Shown piece after piece: positions 39,876 through 49,283 of a stretch of DNA of 64,000 nucleotides. The notes beneath the pieces were generated by a model. It was given only the letters and a program-made list of their open reading frames with translations, had not been told where the DNA came from and did no database searches. Each line of letters begins with the position of its first letter. Position 1 is the first letter of the stretch. Source of the DNA: Candidatus Aenigmatarchaeota archaeon (lineage in GTDB: Archaea > Aenigmatarchaeota > Aenigmatarchaeia > GW2011-AR5); the NCBI GenBank assembly GCA_026397375.1, contig JAPLUZ010000022.1:24234-88233 (forward strand). Direction: 5' to 3'. The position numbers and the translations under genes were made by a program.

Positions 39876-41213
39876 ATGATTTTTATGTCGGATAAATTAG
39901 AAAGCCTTAAGGCTGAAATACTAAAAAAAGTAAGGGAGTATCAGAATACTCGTGAAGCTGAATCAAAAGGATTTGACAGAAAAAATCCAAAGGTTCCTGT
40001 ATCAGGAAAAGTTTTTGACGAAGAAGACGTAGCGACTCTTATAGATTCTTCTCTTGATTTTTGGTTAACCGCAGGTAAGTTTACTGATATGTTTGAAAGC
40101 GAACTTGCCAAACTCTTCGGTTTAAGGTACGCTTTAATGACCAATTCTGGGTCATCTGCCAATTTAATTGCGCTTTCGGCGCTGACAAGTAAATTTCTTG
40201 GTGATTCAAAATTAAATGACGGTGACGAGGTTATAACAGCAGCTGCGTCTTTTCCCACTACGGTGAATCCCATATTTCAATGCGGATTAGCACCGGTATT
40301 TTTAGACGTCGAACTTGATACGTACAATATAGATACTTCGAAAATAGAGGAGACGATAACAAATAAAACAAAAGCAATAATGATTGCGCATACGCTTGGA
40401 AATCCTTTTGATGTTAAAAAGATTACAAAAATATGTCAGGACTATAATCTATTTTTGATAGAGGACTGCTGCGACGCTCTTGGATCGAAATTTAATGGAA
40501 AAATGGTCGGAACATTTGGAGACGTTTCTACAATGAGTTTCTATCCGGCCCATCATATTACAACTGGCGAGGGCGGCGCGGTTTTTACCGACAACCCCAT
40601 GATCAAACGTGCAGCAGAATCAATCAGAGACTGGGGGCGTGATTGCTGGTGTAAAACCGGGTGCGACGGTACGTGCGGCAAAAGATTTGACTGGAAGCTG
40701 GGAAATTTGCCACACGGCTACGATCATAAGTATATCTACGCAAACGTAGGCTATAACCTCAAGGCTACAGATATGCAGGCCGCAATCGGGTGCTCACAAC
40801 TGAAGAAATTATCAAATTTTATAAAAATACGTAAAGATAATTTTGAATTTTACCTGAAATTCTTCAGAAAATACAATAATTTTTTCATTTTACCTAAAAT
40901 CTATGATGGTGCTGATATGAGTCCGTTTGGATATTTGATTAACATACATTCCGATGCACCATTCAAACGCCAAGAGTTGGTTAGATATTTAGAATCAAAG
41001 GGCATTGCCACAAGAATGCTCTTCGGCGGAAATTTAACAAAACAACCCGCATACATGGACAAAAAATACAGGGTTATTGGCGGTCTTGAAAATACAGACA
41101 GTCTCATGAACAATGCATTCTGGATTGGTGTTTATCCCGGCATAAATAACGAAATGCGAGAATATGTTGTGGAAATTTTTGCTGATTTTTTGGAAAATTT
41201 AGATAGTAATTAA
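39876..41213 (+). CDS. rfbH: CDP-4-keto-6-deoxyglucose 3-dehydratase (E1)
   Basis: SFYPAHHITTGEGG (His replacing the PLP Lys), Fe-S motif RDCWC...TC and GYDHKY. Confidence 0.93.
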   Translation: MIFMSDKLESLKAEILKKVREYQNTREAESKGFDRKNPKVPVSGKVFDEEDVATLIDSSLDFWLTAGKFTDMFESELAKLFGLRYALMTNSGSSANLIALSALTSKFLGDSKLNDGDEVITAAASFPTTVNPIFQCGLAPVFLDVELDTYNIDTSKIEETITNKTKAIMIAHTLGNPFDVKKITKICQDYNLFLIEDCCDALGSKFNGKMVGTFGDVSTMSFYPAHHITTGEGGAVFTDNPMIKRAAESIRDWGRDCWCKTGCDGTCGKRFDWKLGNLPHGYDHKYIYANVGYNLKATDMQAAIGCSQLKKLSNFIKIRKDNFEFYLKFFRKYNNFFILPKIYDGADMSPFGYLINIHSDAPFKRQELVRYLESKGIATRMLFGGNLTKQPAYMDKKYRVIGGLENTDSLMNNAFWIGVYPGINNEMREYVVEIFADFLENLDSN

Positions 41214-41219
41214 TTTTTA

Positions 41220-41927
41220 TTAGTTATCAAATTTTTTGGTTAGTTTAAACAAAATTATATTTTTTATAAACTCAAGTACGATATAGAACTTTACATTTGA
41301 CTTTCCTTTTTTTCTTTTTGAGTATATCGATTGTACTTCACCTACTTTGAAATTTTTCTTTCTAGCTTTTACCAATAGTTCCGTGTCTATGAAAGAATCC
41401 AGTGCCCTTAATTTCAGTGACTCGTAGCAGCCCCTTTTCATGAGTTTTGGATAGCCGTTGATATCCCTGCTAATACCACCAAAAATTAGCGGACAAACAA
41501 AATAATTATAAGAAGCTGAAACGAATTTTCTGTAAAAATTATACTCCCTTGCCGTTCTTGTAACTTTGCATATATCCAGGTTTTCTTTTATTAATTTTTT
41601 GTAAACACTTAGTAATGCAGTGGCCGGAATTTCGTTATCGCCACCAGTCCAGCCAACAACTTCGCCTTTTGCGTGCTTCAGACCTTGCAGCAGCCCATTG
41701 CCGTACCCTATATTTTTATGTACGGTAACGACTTTTACCCTATCATTTCTTAATTTATCAAGTATTTCCCCTGTTTTGTCGCGAGAACCGTTATTAATGG
41801 CTATTATTTCATAGTTTATTTTATGTTTTTTCAGAAGATTGGAATGAAGTAGAATAACATCTTTTACATTATCTTCTTCGTTGTAGAAAGGTATGACAAC
41901 CGATAAATCATATTTCATATATCTCAT
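41220..41927 (-). CDS. GT2 polyprenol-phosphate glycosyltransferase (DPM1-like)
   Basis: VIPFYNEE, NNGSRDKT, GYGNGL, DTELL and RKKGKS motifs. Confidence 0.85.
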   Translation of the reverse strand: MRYMKYDLSVVIPFYNEEDNVKDVILLHSNLLKKHKINYEIIAINNGSRDKTGEILDKLRNDRVKVVTVHKNIGYGNGLLQGLKHAKGEVVGWTGGDNEIPATALLSVYKKLIKENLDICKVTRTAREYNFYRKFVSASYNYFVCPLIFGGISRDINGYPKLMKRGCYESLKLRALDSFIDTELLVKARKKNFKVGEVQSIYSKRKKGKSNVKFYIVLEFIKNIILFKLTKKFDN

Positions 41928-41958
41928 CTTAGATTAGAACACGATCGTATTTAAAATA

Positions 41959-43614
41959 TTAAATATTGATGTCTGTGACATTGTAAACGAAGGTCGAATA
42001 GCCTAGAATAGCGTCTGGCGTTCTTTCTCTTAACCAGGAATAGCAATCCCTTCTAATCATGTTTAACATATCGATGGAAATTGCGTAGATCCCATTAGCA
42101 GGTTGGCAGCTGGCGTAAGAGAAATTACCATAATAATTCCAGAAAGATTTTGGAATTGGCGTGGATATGTACAGACTGGTTAAGTTATGCTGCTTTGCGT
42201 ACTTGCCTACTTCATTTATTCCCTGACCAATGTCTATGTTGGCGTCACTAAGCCACAAATAACCATTTTCAGGCTTTCCTATGAACTGGTTGAAATATGA
42301 CATATTGTAAGGCAGGAATGTCACTGCTTCAAACACGTACCATATGAGAAGTGCAATTATAAATAAATTCAGAATTCTTTTTTGATGTTTTTTTAGGTTC
42401 GCGGTTACTATGCTGCTTAAAATAACAAAAATAAACGGGTAGGCTATCATCAAATGTCTTAGACCTATGTCGAATCCGATAAAGAAAGATAAGAAGATAA
42501 AAGTAGCAATTATTGGAAGTACAATAAACAGCCAGTCTTTTTTCATCTTAATTTTCTTCGAAGCCAAAAATATTGTGAACATAAACAAGAATAAAAGGAT
42601 AGAAATGGGCGTTTTTATCAAGTAAGCAATTATGTAAAAATACCACCAGCCGTGTACCGACGTCTCACCCATTAGGAAGCTTATATGGCCTTCGGTAGAA
42701 TGCCATATGTTATATCCTAGGGCAGCATTCAGATACGCCGGAACAGGAACAGGAACATTCATTAAATTTGTTACTAAAGATTTCATGCCTTCGCTGTGAA
42801 ATGTCTGATTTATAAAATCCGTCGCCTTTTCATTTGAATGAACGACATTTATCATGCTGTCGAACTGGAATCCATAAAAAGCCCATATAACAAGAAAAGC
42901 AATTATGTAATAAATGACAGCCCTTTTAGCGGTTTTTAACGATATTTTTCCGAAATAAAAGAATAACACAAGTGTTATAGGTATTAACAGCAGAGCAGTG
43001 AATTTACTTAGCAGTGCAAGACCCAGGGCAAATCCTGCTATAATTAAAGATGATTTACTTGAATTTTTGAGAAGACACCAAAAGTAATAGACCGCTATAA
43101 ATATAAAAGTGGTTGCCACCAAATCACTGGTGACTATGGAAGAATTACCCAGTATAGTAGGCTCGAAGGAAAATAGAATCAGCGCGATAAGTGCTGCCTT
43201 GTTTCCATATAGTTTTCTTGACCATCTGAAAATAAAGAACCCCAAAAGCACTCCGGTAAGTGCTATGGGAAGCCTTGTTAGGAACAACAGATTATCCAGC
43301 CCATAGGCCTGTGCATTTGCTGACATGTCAAACGGCTTGTGGGACCAAACAGGATTTTTATCGAATATCAAAAAAATACTGTTTATGTAGTACGACAGAA
43401 CAGGATGAGACCTTAAAACGAAAGGACTGCCAGGGCCAAAGTCTTTTGTTTCTATAAGGTATTTTCCAACACCCGGATAAAACTGCTCATCACCGATCAT
43501 GCCGATATTCAGGATTATGTAAACGGATTGAATAAAATATATAAGTAGGAGAAGTGCGGCAAAGATCTCTACTCTATTTTTATAAATAAACTTGTAAATA
43601 TTTTTTGGAATCAT
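41959..43614 (-). CDS. GT-C fold glycosyltransferase (ArnT/PMT family)
   Basis: GDE, HP, TSD, ALLSKFT and DANIDIGQ motifs; multi-TM. Confidence 0.85.
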   Translation of the reverse strand: MIPKNIYKFIYKNRVEIFAALLLLIYFIQSVYIILNIGMIGDEQFYPGVGKYLIETKDFGPGSPFVLRSHPVLSYYINSIFLIFDKNPVWSHKPFDMSANAQAYGLDNLLFLTRLPIALTGVLLGFFIFRWSRKLYGNKAALIALILFSFEPTILGNSSIVTSDLVATTFIFIAVYYFWCLLKNSSKSSLIIAGFALGLALLSKFTALLLIPITLVLFFYFGKISLKTAKRAVIYYIIAFLVIWAFYGFQFDSMINVVHSNEKATDFINQTFHSEGMKSLVTNLMNVPVPVPAYLNAALGYNIWHSTEGHISFLMGETSVHGWWYFYIIAYLIKTPISILLFLFMFTIFLASKKIKMKKDWLFIVLPIIATFIFLSFFIGFDIGLRHLMIAYPFIFVILSSIVTANLKKHQKRILNLFIIALLIWYVFEAVTFLPYNMSYFNQFIGKPENGYLWLSDANIDIGQGINEVGKYAKQHNLTSLYISTPIPKSFWNYYGNFSYASCQPANGIYAISIDMLNMIRRDCYSWLRERTPDAILGYSTFVYNVTDINI

Positions 43615-43626
43615 TTAACTCACGCA

Positions 43627-45183
43627 CTAAATTTTTTTATAGATAAGAATATAACCGTTCTGCTCCGGACTAAACCTATGGTGAACCGGGTCTGGAAATT
43701 CTGACCATTGCTCGCCGGTATTATGAACAGTAAAAATCTCATATTTTGCTGTATTGATGTAAAGATCTAGGTTAGCATTCGGCGATGTTGTGGCATTATC
43801 TATAATAATCCATCTGTAAGATTCGTTAAGTTCGGATAAGTTGTTTCTAGATATTATATTTTCTTGGGATGCATTAAGATACATTACAAAGGCTTGTGGT
43901 GGCACATAATTCGACATCAGAAATATTTTATCCCCCTTAACATAGGTCTGCGAAACGACTTTTATTACGGATTCGCTGGAATATTCATAATGATGGGTTG
44001 CCTCGTACAAATAATCGAAAAAATAATACCTGGGCTGTAAGCTTCTTGATAAAAATCTGTCAGTAACTTCCTGCGTGGCATACGAGCCCAGATCAACATT
44101 TCTAATGAAATTTAATGGAATAATATTGATAAAGTTTGTGAAAACTAAAATAATCAGAATGATAAATCCTAGAAACTTCATTGCATTATTCTTTCTTGCA
44201 AAGAACATTTGAGAAATAACATATGCAATAAGAATAGATGCAAGCGGAAGTAAAACAATAAGTTTTCTTATGGAAATAGGTCCTGTAACACTGATAAGAG
44301 AGGACAGCACCAGGATGGTGATTATTATTGTCAAGAAGAGACGATGCTCGGTACTTAATTTTCTCCAGTTAATTTTGTTCTTTTTTACAAGATACAGACC
44401 AAGCACAACAATAGCAGGCGGCAGGAAGAACACCAGCAGATAGAAAACACCAGATGCAATATTCAGCAGGAGAAACCCCGTGTTGAAAACCGATGAAAGA
44501 GGGCTAAGGGTCTGCCTAGAGTACAGCCACAAGATAATTAGCGGCAGTGAAAATATCCCAATCAAAATGAATGGGCTGAAAATATTTTTGATGTTGTTCC
44601 TTCTTTCAATAATAGAAAATAAAAATAAGCCGGCTATTAGATAAATGCCCACCTCTGCATGCGTGTAAAATAGAATTACAGAAGAAATTATGAATGGCAG
44701 CATGGAATTCTTCCTGTTTTTCATGAATCTGATAAAGAAGAAAATTGTCAACAGGGAAAAGAACATCAGCATGGAATAGTACCGTCCGTGGCGGGCATGA
44801 AGATAAAACAACGTGGAAAATATCACAAGCAGGAAGGCTATTATTCTTGTCTTCCTATCCTTTACGTTTTCTTTCAAAAAGACGAAGTAGAGTACTAGAA
44901 ATAATATGCCAAATACGGCGGATACAAACCTAATGGAAAATTGGTTAAGACCAAAAACCAGTACTGACAAAGAAGTTAGATAAAGGTGTGGAAGCGTGAC
45001 AAGAGAGACCTGAAGATCACCAGGATACCCGATTTTTATTATTTCCTGAGACCTTTCCACGACGTAGGCTTCGTCGGTGGGGCCAATAAACCTGTCGCCT
45101 AAATTATAAAATAAAAGAAGTGCGGCCAGAACTAAACATATAATAAAAAAACATTTCTCATAATTTTTAGATGTGAAATGCAT
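43627..45183 (-). CDS. GT-C fold glycosyltransferase (ArnT/PMT family)
   Basis: DEA, FG.NQFSIRFVSA and RYY motifs; multi-TM. Confidence 0.82.
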   Translation of the reverse strand: MHFTSKNYEKCFFIICLVLAALLLFYNLGDRFIGPTDEAYVVERSQEIIKIGYPGDLQVSLVTLPHLYLTSLSVLVFGLNQFSIRFVSAVFGILFLVLYFVFLKENVKDRKTRIIAFLLVIFSTLFYLHARHGRYYSMLMFFSLLTIFFFIRFMKNRKNSMLPFIISSVILFYTHAEVGIYLIAGLFLFSIIERRNNIKNIFSPFILIGIFSLPLIILWLYSRQTLSPLSSVFNTGFLLLNIASGVFYLLVFFLPPAIVVLGLYLVKKNKINWRKLSTEHRLFLTIIITILVLSSLISVTGPISIRKLIVLLPLASILIAYVISQMFFARKNNAMKFLGFIILIILVFTNFINIIPLNFIRNVDLGSYATQEVTDRFLSRSLQPRYYFFDYLYEATHHYEYSSESVIKVVSQTYVKGDKIFLMSNYVPPQAFVMYLNASQENIISRNNLSELNESYRWIIIDNATTSPNANLDLYINTAKYEIFTVHNTGEQWSEFPDPVHHRFSPEQNGYILIYKKI

Positions 45184-45236
45184 ATGATTTTCATTGAATT
45201 AAACTTATAAAAAACAGTAAACTCTATAAAAGTCGA

Positions 45237-46169
45237 TTACATAGCAATGATTTCTTCTAATCCCCTCTTAATAGAGTATTCAGGTTTATAGCCCAAAGAT
45301 TTCGTTATCTTGCTTACATCAGCTTTCTGGAAATCTATGTAATTTTTTACAGTGTTCTTGACGTACTTAGGCTGTATTTTTTTGTTCAAAACACTGTTGA
45401 GCATTTTCACAAGGTCATTAAGGCTGGTAGCTTTTCCTGTTCCAACATTGAAGATCTCGCCTATCATCTTCTTTTTTGTTGCTGCTGCAAGGATATTCGC
45501 CTGACAAATATCTTTGACGTAGATGAAGTCTCTTGTCTGCTCGCCTGTACCATAAATTACAGGCCGCTCGTCTTTTTTCATGGCCCAGAGAAATTGCGTT
45601 ACAAGGTTTGCAAATTTTGTTTTTCCCTCTTCGTGGGGACCGTATACACTCATGTAGCGCAGCCCAACAGTTTCCAGACCGTATTCTATGCCATAGAGAG
45701 CTGCGAGATGCTCGTTCATGAGCTTGGAGGATGCGTAAAAATTAACAGGAACAACTTTCATATCTTCCCTCAGCAGAGCCTTAGTATTTCCATAGATGGA
45801 AGACGTGGACGCATACACAACCCGTTTCACATTATTTATTCTGGCCGCATTGAGAATATGAATAAAACCGTCTATGTTCACAGATAGGGCTTCTTTCAGA
45901 TTTTCCCTAAACATGGGCGAGGACGAGGCGGCAGCTTGGTTAAAAATAACATCAACACCTTTTGTTATTTTTAACAGAAGATCTAGATCGCGTATATCGC
46001 CATCTACCAGTTCTATTTTATCTCTGATCCTTTCAAGGTTTTTTTCAATGCCAAGGAAGAAATTATCAAGAACAACAACTTTGTGACCTTTCTTAATCAG
46101 TTCTTCCACTAGGTTTGAGCCGATAAACCCCGCTCCGCCGGTTACAAGACATTTCATAATTATCAACAC
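45237..46169 (-). CDS. NAD-dependent epimerase/dehydratase
   Basis: GGAGFIGS, ASTSSIYG, YASSK and GEQTRDFIY motifs. Confidence 0.88.
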   Translation of the reverse strand: MLIIMKCLVTGGAGFIGSNLVEELIKKGHKVVVLDNFFLGIEKNLERIRDKIELVDGDIRDLDLLLKITKGVDVIFNQAAASSSPMFRENLKEALSVNIDGFIHILNAARINNVKRVVYASTSSIYGNTKALLREDMKVVPVNFYASSKLMNEHLAALYGIEYGLETVGLRYMSVYGPHEEGKTKFANLVTQFLWAMKKDERPVIYGTGEQTRDFIYVKDICQANILAAATKKKMIGEIFNVGTGKATSLNDLVKMLNSVLNKKIQPKYVKNTVKNYIDFQKADVSKITKSLGYKPEYSIKRGLEEIIAM

Positions 46170-46179
46170 ATCAAAAAGT

Positions 46180-47448
46180 TTAAGAAATCAACGGAAATTC
46201 TCTCCTGACTTTTTTAAGTCTTTCAGGCGTCCCTATATCTTTTATGTAAGCATCGGATAAATATCCGTATATTTTTTCCTTGTTAAGCAACTTGAACAAA
46301 ACATCTTTTTCTATATTTGAAATACCGTTTGGTATACGATCTAAAATTTTAGTCCTTAGTACCATTATTCCCACGTTGGCAGTTTTGTGAATATCTTGGC
46401 CACGGCCTATATATTTTGTCACCTCATTTTTTTCATTAATTTTTATAATATCGCTATCTATAGGGTGGTCGGTCTTACGCAGAACAACAGTTGCAATTCC
46501 GCTATGAGAAAAATGAAACCTCAAAAGAGAACCGATATTCATGTTTGTTATTACATCACCATTCAGCACAATAATATTTTCAGCATTAACAAGGTACTGT
46601 GCAGCATTTTTTATTGCGCCGCCTGTGCCCAAAGGCTCTTTTTCCCCTGGATAGTCTATGTGAACGCGGAATTTTCTGCCGTCACCGAAATAGGCCTTTA
46701 TTTTGTCAACGAGATAAGAACCGCAAATAACTATTTCATTTACTCCATATTTCTTCAGGAGATTTATGTGATATTCTAATACAGGTTTGCCGTTAATGGG
46801 GATCATGGGCTTTGGCAGGTCTTTTGTAAGTGGCAGAAGCCTTTCGCCTTTACCGCCGGCAAGAATAATTGCCTTTGTTTTTATCAAATTCCTAATTAGC
46901 GTGGCCGCATTTAACAATGTGTCACATTCGTAATCTGCTTTTATGTCATGTTTTTTGTCTTTCCCTGCGACACCGGTCTTTACAAGTATTGTCCTTGTTC
47001 CGGCGTTTTTACCTGCTAATATATCAACCGTACGATCGCCGACAGTGAAGGATCCAGTAAGGTCTACGTTATATTTTTTAGCGGCTTCCAGTATCATACC
47101 AGGATTTGGCTTTCTGCAACTACATTCTACCCTGTATTTTTTTGCATGCTCTGGAACATCACTGTATTGCTCTGGGTGATGGGGACAGAAATAAAAATCG
47201 TCTATGTGGGCGCCCCTTTTCATCAAATCTTTTTGAACTTTATCGTTTATTTTTTTCACGCCGTCTTCAGATATCAGGCCTCTTGCGACCTGTGGTTGGT
47301 TTGTCACAACGATGACCTTTACGCCACTTTTATTCAACATCTTTATGCCTTCTGCTGCGCCGTCTTCAAGTTCTATTTCTTCTGGCTTTACAACAAGGGA
47401 AGTCTTCTTCGTCACTGTTCCATCCCTGTCAAGAAAGACGGCTCGCAT
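46180..47448 (-). CDS. Bifunctional heptose-1,7-bisphosphate phosphatase (GmhB) / heptose-1-phosphate nucleotidyltransferase (HddC-like)
   Basis: N-terminal FLDRDGT, TNQ, CPHHP...CSCRKP and GDR..D; C-terminal LAGGKGERL..PKPM, LGTGG, NGD and DIGTPER. Confidence 0.9.
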   Translation of the reverse strand: MRAVFLDRDGTVTKKTSLVVKPEEIELEDGAAEGIKMLNKSGVKVIVVTNQPQVARGLISEDGVKKINDKVQKDLMKRGAHIDDFYFCPHHPEQYSDVPEHAKKYRVECSCRKPNPGMILEAAKKYNVDLTGSFTVGDRTVDILAGKNAGTRTILVKTGVAGKDKKHDIKADYECDTLLNAATLIRNLIKTKAIILAGGKGERLLPLTKDLPKPMIPINGKPVLEYHINLLKKYGVNEIVICGSYLVDKIKAYFGDGRKFRVHIDYPGEKEPLGTGGAIKNAAQYLVNAENIIVLNGDVITNMNIGSLLRFHFSHSGIATVVLRKTDHPIDSDIIKINEKNEVTKYIGRGQDIHKTANVGIMVLRTKILDRIPNGISNIEKDVLFKLLNKEKIYGYLSDAYIKDIGTPERLKKVRREFPLIS

Positions 47449-47452
47449 AAAA

Positions 47453-48037
47453 TCACATGGCATCGTAGCCAAACAAGTTCTTTATGACAAGAGCACATAC
47501 CCTGTGGTAAGCAATTATATGGCCTTCCTGTATTATTGATACATTGGAAGCAGGTATGTTTAGAAGAAAATCAGCAATTTCTTTTATTTTGCCTCCAGAT
47601 TCTCCTGTAAAACCAATTGTTGTAGCACCTATTTTCTTTGCTTCTTCCATAGCATTTATTACATTCATGGAATTGCCGCTGGTGCTTATGCCTATTATTA
47701 CGTCACCTTTTTTTGCATTGGCTTGGACAAAGCGTACGAAACACATGTCGTAGTTGAAGTCATTGCTTATTGCTGTCAGGGCCGACATGTTAGAAGGCGT
47801 TAAAGCAGACAGGGCTTTCCTACCTTTATCTATGGACGACAGCTGACCTTCGAACTCGGCAGCAAAGTGATTGGCGTCGGCCGCAGAGCCGCCGTTGCCG
47901 AAGATAAGTAATTTACCGTCATTCTGGTAGCATTTTGTTATAACTTCGGCCACATCTTCTATGGATTTCAAATCTAAGGAATCAACCATTTTTTTGTGCA
48001 TATCTATTTTGTCTTTGAGGTAATTCATTTTTATCAC
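47453..48037 (-). CDS. gmhA: Phosphoheptose isomerase
   Basis: FGNGGSAADANHFAAE, ND, STSGNS and IQEGH motifs. Confidence 0.93.
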   Translation of the reverse strand: MIKMNYLKDKIDMHKKMVDSLDLKSIEDVAEVITKCYQNDGKLLIFGNGGSAADANHFAAEFEGQLSSIDKGRKALSALTPSNMSALTAISNDFNYDMCFVRFVQANAKKGDVIIGISTSGNSMNVINAMEEAKKIGATTIGFTGESGGKIKEIADFLLNIPASNVSIIQEGHIIAYHRVCALVIKNLFGYDAM

Positions 48038-48993
48038 CCTACAAAAGAGAAGTTTATACGCTTCGCACCAAAGGGCGCAATGGCATCCATTATTTTTTCC
48101 TGATTTTTTGAAAAGAAAACAGCGCAGCCACCACCACCTGCTCCAAGGAATCGCCCACCAAGGGCACCAGCGTCCATGGCAGCTGAGTATACGTCTTCTA
48201 CACGTGCATTTGATATGGAGGTTGCCAGATTTTTCTTTAGTATCCAGTCCTTGTGCATGAGGCGGCCGAAATCTTCAAACCTTCCCTCCTCAAGGGAGGC
48301 CCTTATTTTCTCCACGTTGCCCCTTCTATCAATTAGAACATCAATAACTTCTGATTTTTTCTCTTTCTGCTCCTTGTGAATATCCTTGCCTTTTGTTTCA
48401 CGCTTGATATAAACAAGAAGCAATTTGTCTTCAAGGGATTTCAGATCTGCCTGGGACAAATTTAATCTCTTTGTCTCGACACGCCGGTTGGCGAATTTCA
48501 TATAATTTAATCCACCAATGGCAGATGCCCATTGGTCCTGGTAACCGCCGGCAACACCACAGACATTTCTTTCCAGATGGTAAGCCAACCGAGCCACCTG
48601 TGTTGGCGGCATTATTATATCATTGAATTTGTTGAAAGCCTTTATTACAGCTATGGCATGGGCTGCACTACCGCCAAGACCGCTTTCCAGCGGAGCGTCG
48701 GTCCATGTTTTGACTTCTATGCCTGTGTTGCCGTAGTGTTTAATTATAACTTTGGTCAGATTCAGTTCTCTGACATCAAAATTCATATCTTCCAGCGCAT
48801 CGAATGCAATTTCATCGCCGGTTTCCATGGATTTTATAACTATTTTGCCGTCGGTACGCTCATCTATTGAACAATAGGAGAACATGTTAACCGCGGCATT
48901 TACAGTGTTACCCCAGCCTATCAGGTTCATGTAATAATCCGTATCGCCGCAGCTGCCAAAGGTTATCCTCACAGGAGATTTTTCCGCTATCAT
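48034..48993 (-). CDS. hddA: D-glycero-D-manno-heptose-7-phosphate kinase (GHMP family)
   Basis: SPVRITF..GDTD, PLESGLGGS, GYQDQ and GAGGGG motifs. Confidence 0.88.
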   Translation of the reverse strand: MIAEKSPVRITFGSCGDTDYYMNLIGWGNTVNAAVNMFSYCSIDERTDGKIVIKSMETGDEIAFDALEDMNFDVRELNLTKVIIKHYGNTGIEVKTWTDAPLESGLGGSAAHAIAVIKAFNKFNDIIMPPTQVARLAYHLERNVCGVAGGYQDQWASAIGGLNYMKFANRRVETKRLNLSQADLKSLEDKLLLVYIKRETKGKDIHKEQKEKKSEVIDVLIDRRGNVEKIRASLEEGRFEDFGRLMHKDWILKKNLATSISNARVEDVYSAAMDAGALGGRFLGAGGGGCAVFFSKNQEKIMDAIAPFGAKRINFSFVG

Positions 48994-49003
48994 AAAATCC
49001 ACT

Positions 49004-49204
49004 CTACTTGTCGTAACCAAGGTCCCTTGCATTCCTCAGGGTTTCTATAGTCTCTAGCATGGGGGCTGGCAGGCCTGTAAGTTCTTTGTCTGAAATAGCC
49101 GCTTCATCCTTATAAACAACGCCCGTAACTTGGTCTATAGAATAATTATGACCACCGCTTTCGTCTATTGGAATAAGATAAAACACATCTTTCGTATGCA
49201 ACAC
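49004..49204 (-). CDS. Hypothetical small protein
   Basis: 66-aa ORF filling the gap upstream of hddA, with a GAAGGT RBS-like sequence; no motif. Confidence 0.4.
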   Translation of the reverse strand: MLHTKDVFYLIPIDESGGHNYSIDQVTGVVYKDEAAISDKELTGLPAPMLETIETLRNARDLGYDK

Positions 49205-49245
49205 CTTCTAATTGATGCTGGAATTGGTTTTAAATAGGTTAAATG

Positions 49246-49283
49246 TTCATACTTTTTCATACTTTTTCGACAGAAGGTATGAA
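49246..49283. promoter_or_regulatory. Candidate operator: TTCATAC direct and inverted repeats
   Basis: TTCATAC at 49246 and 49256 (10-bp period) and inverted GTATGAA at 49277-49283, just downstream of a TTTAAATA box and overlapping the start of the RHH fusion gene. Confidence 0.5.
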
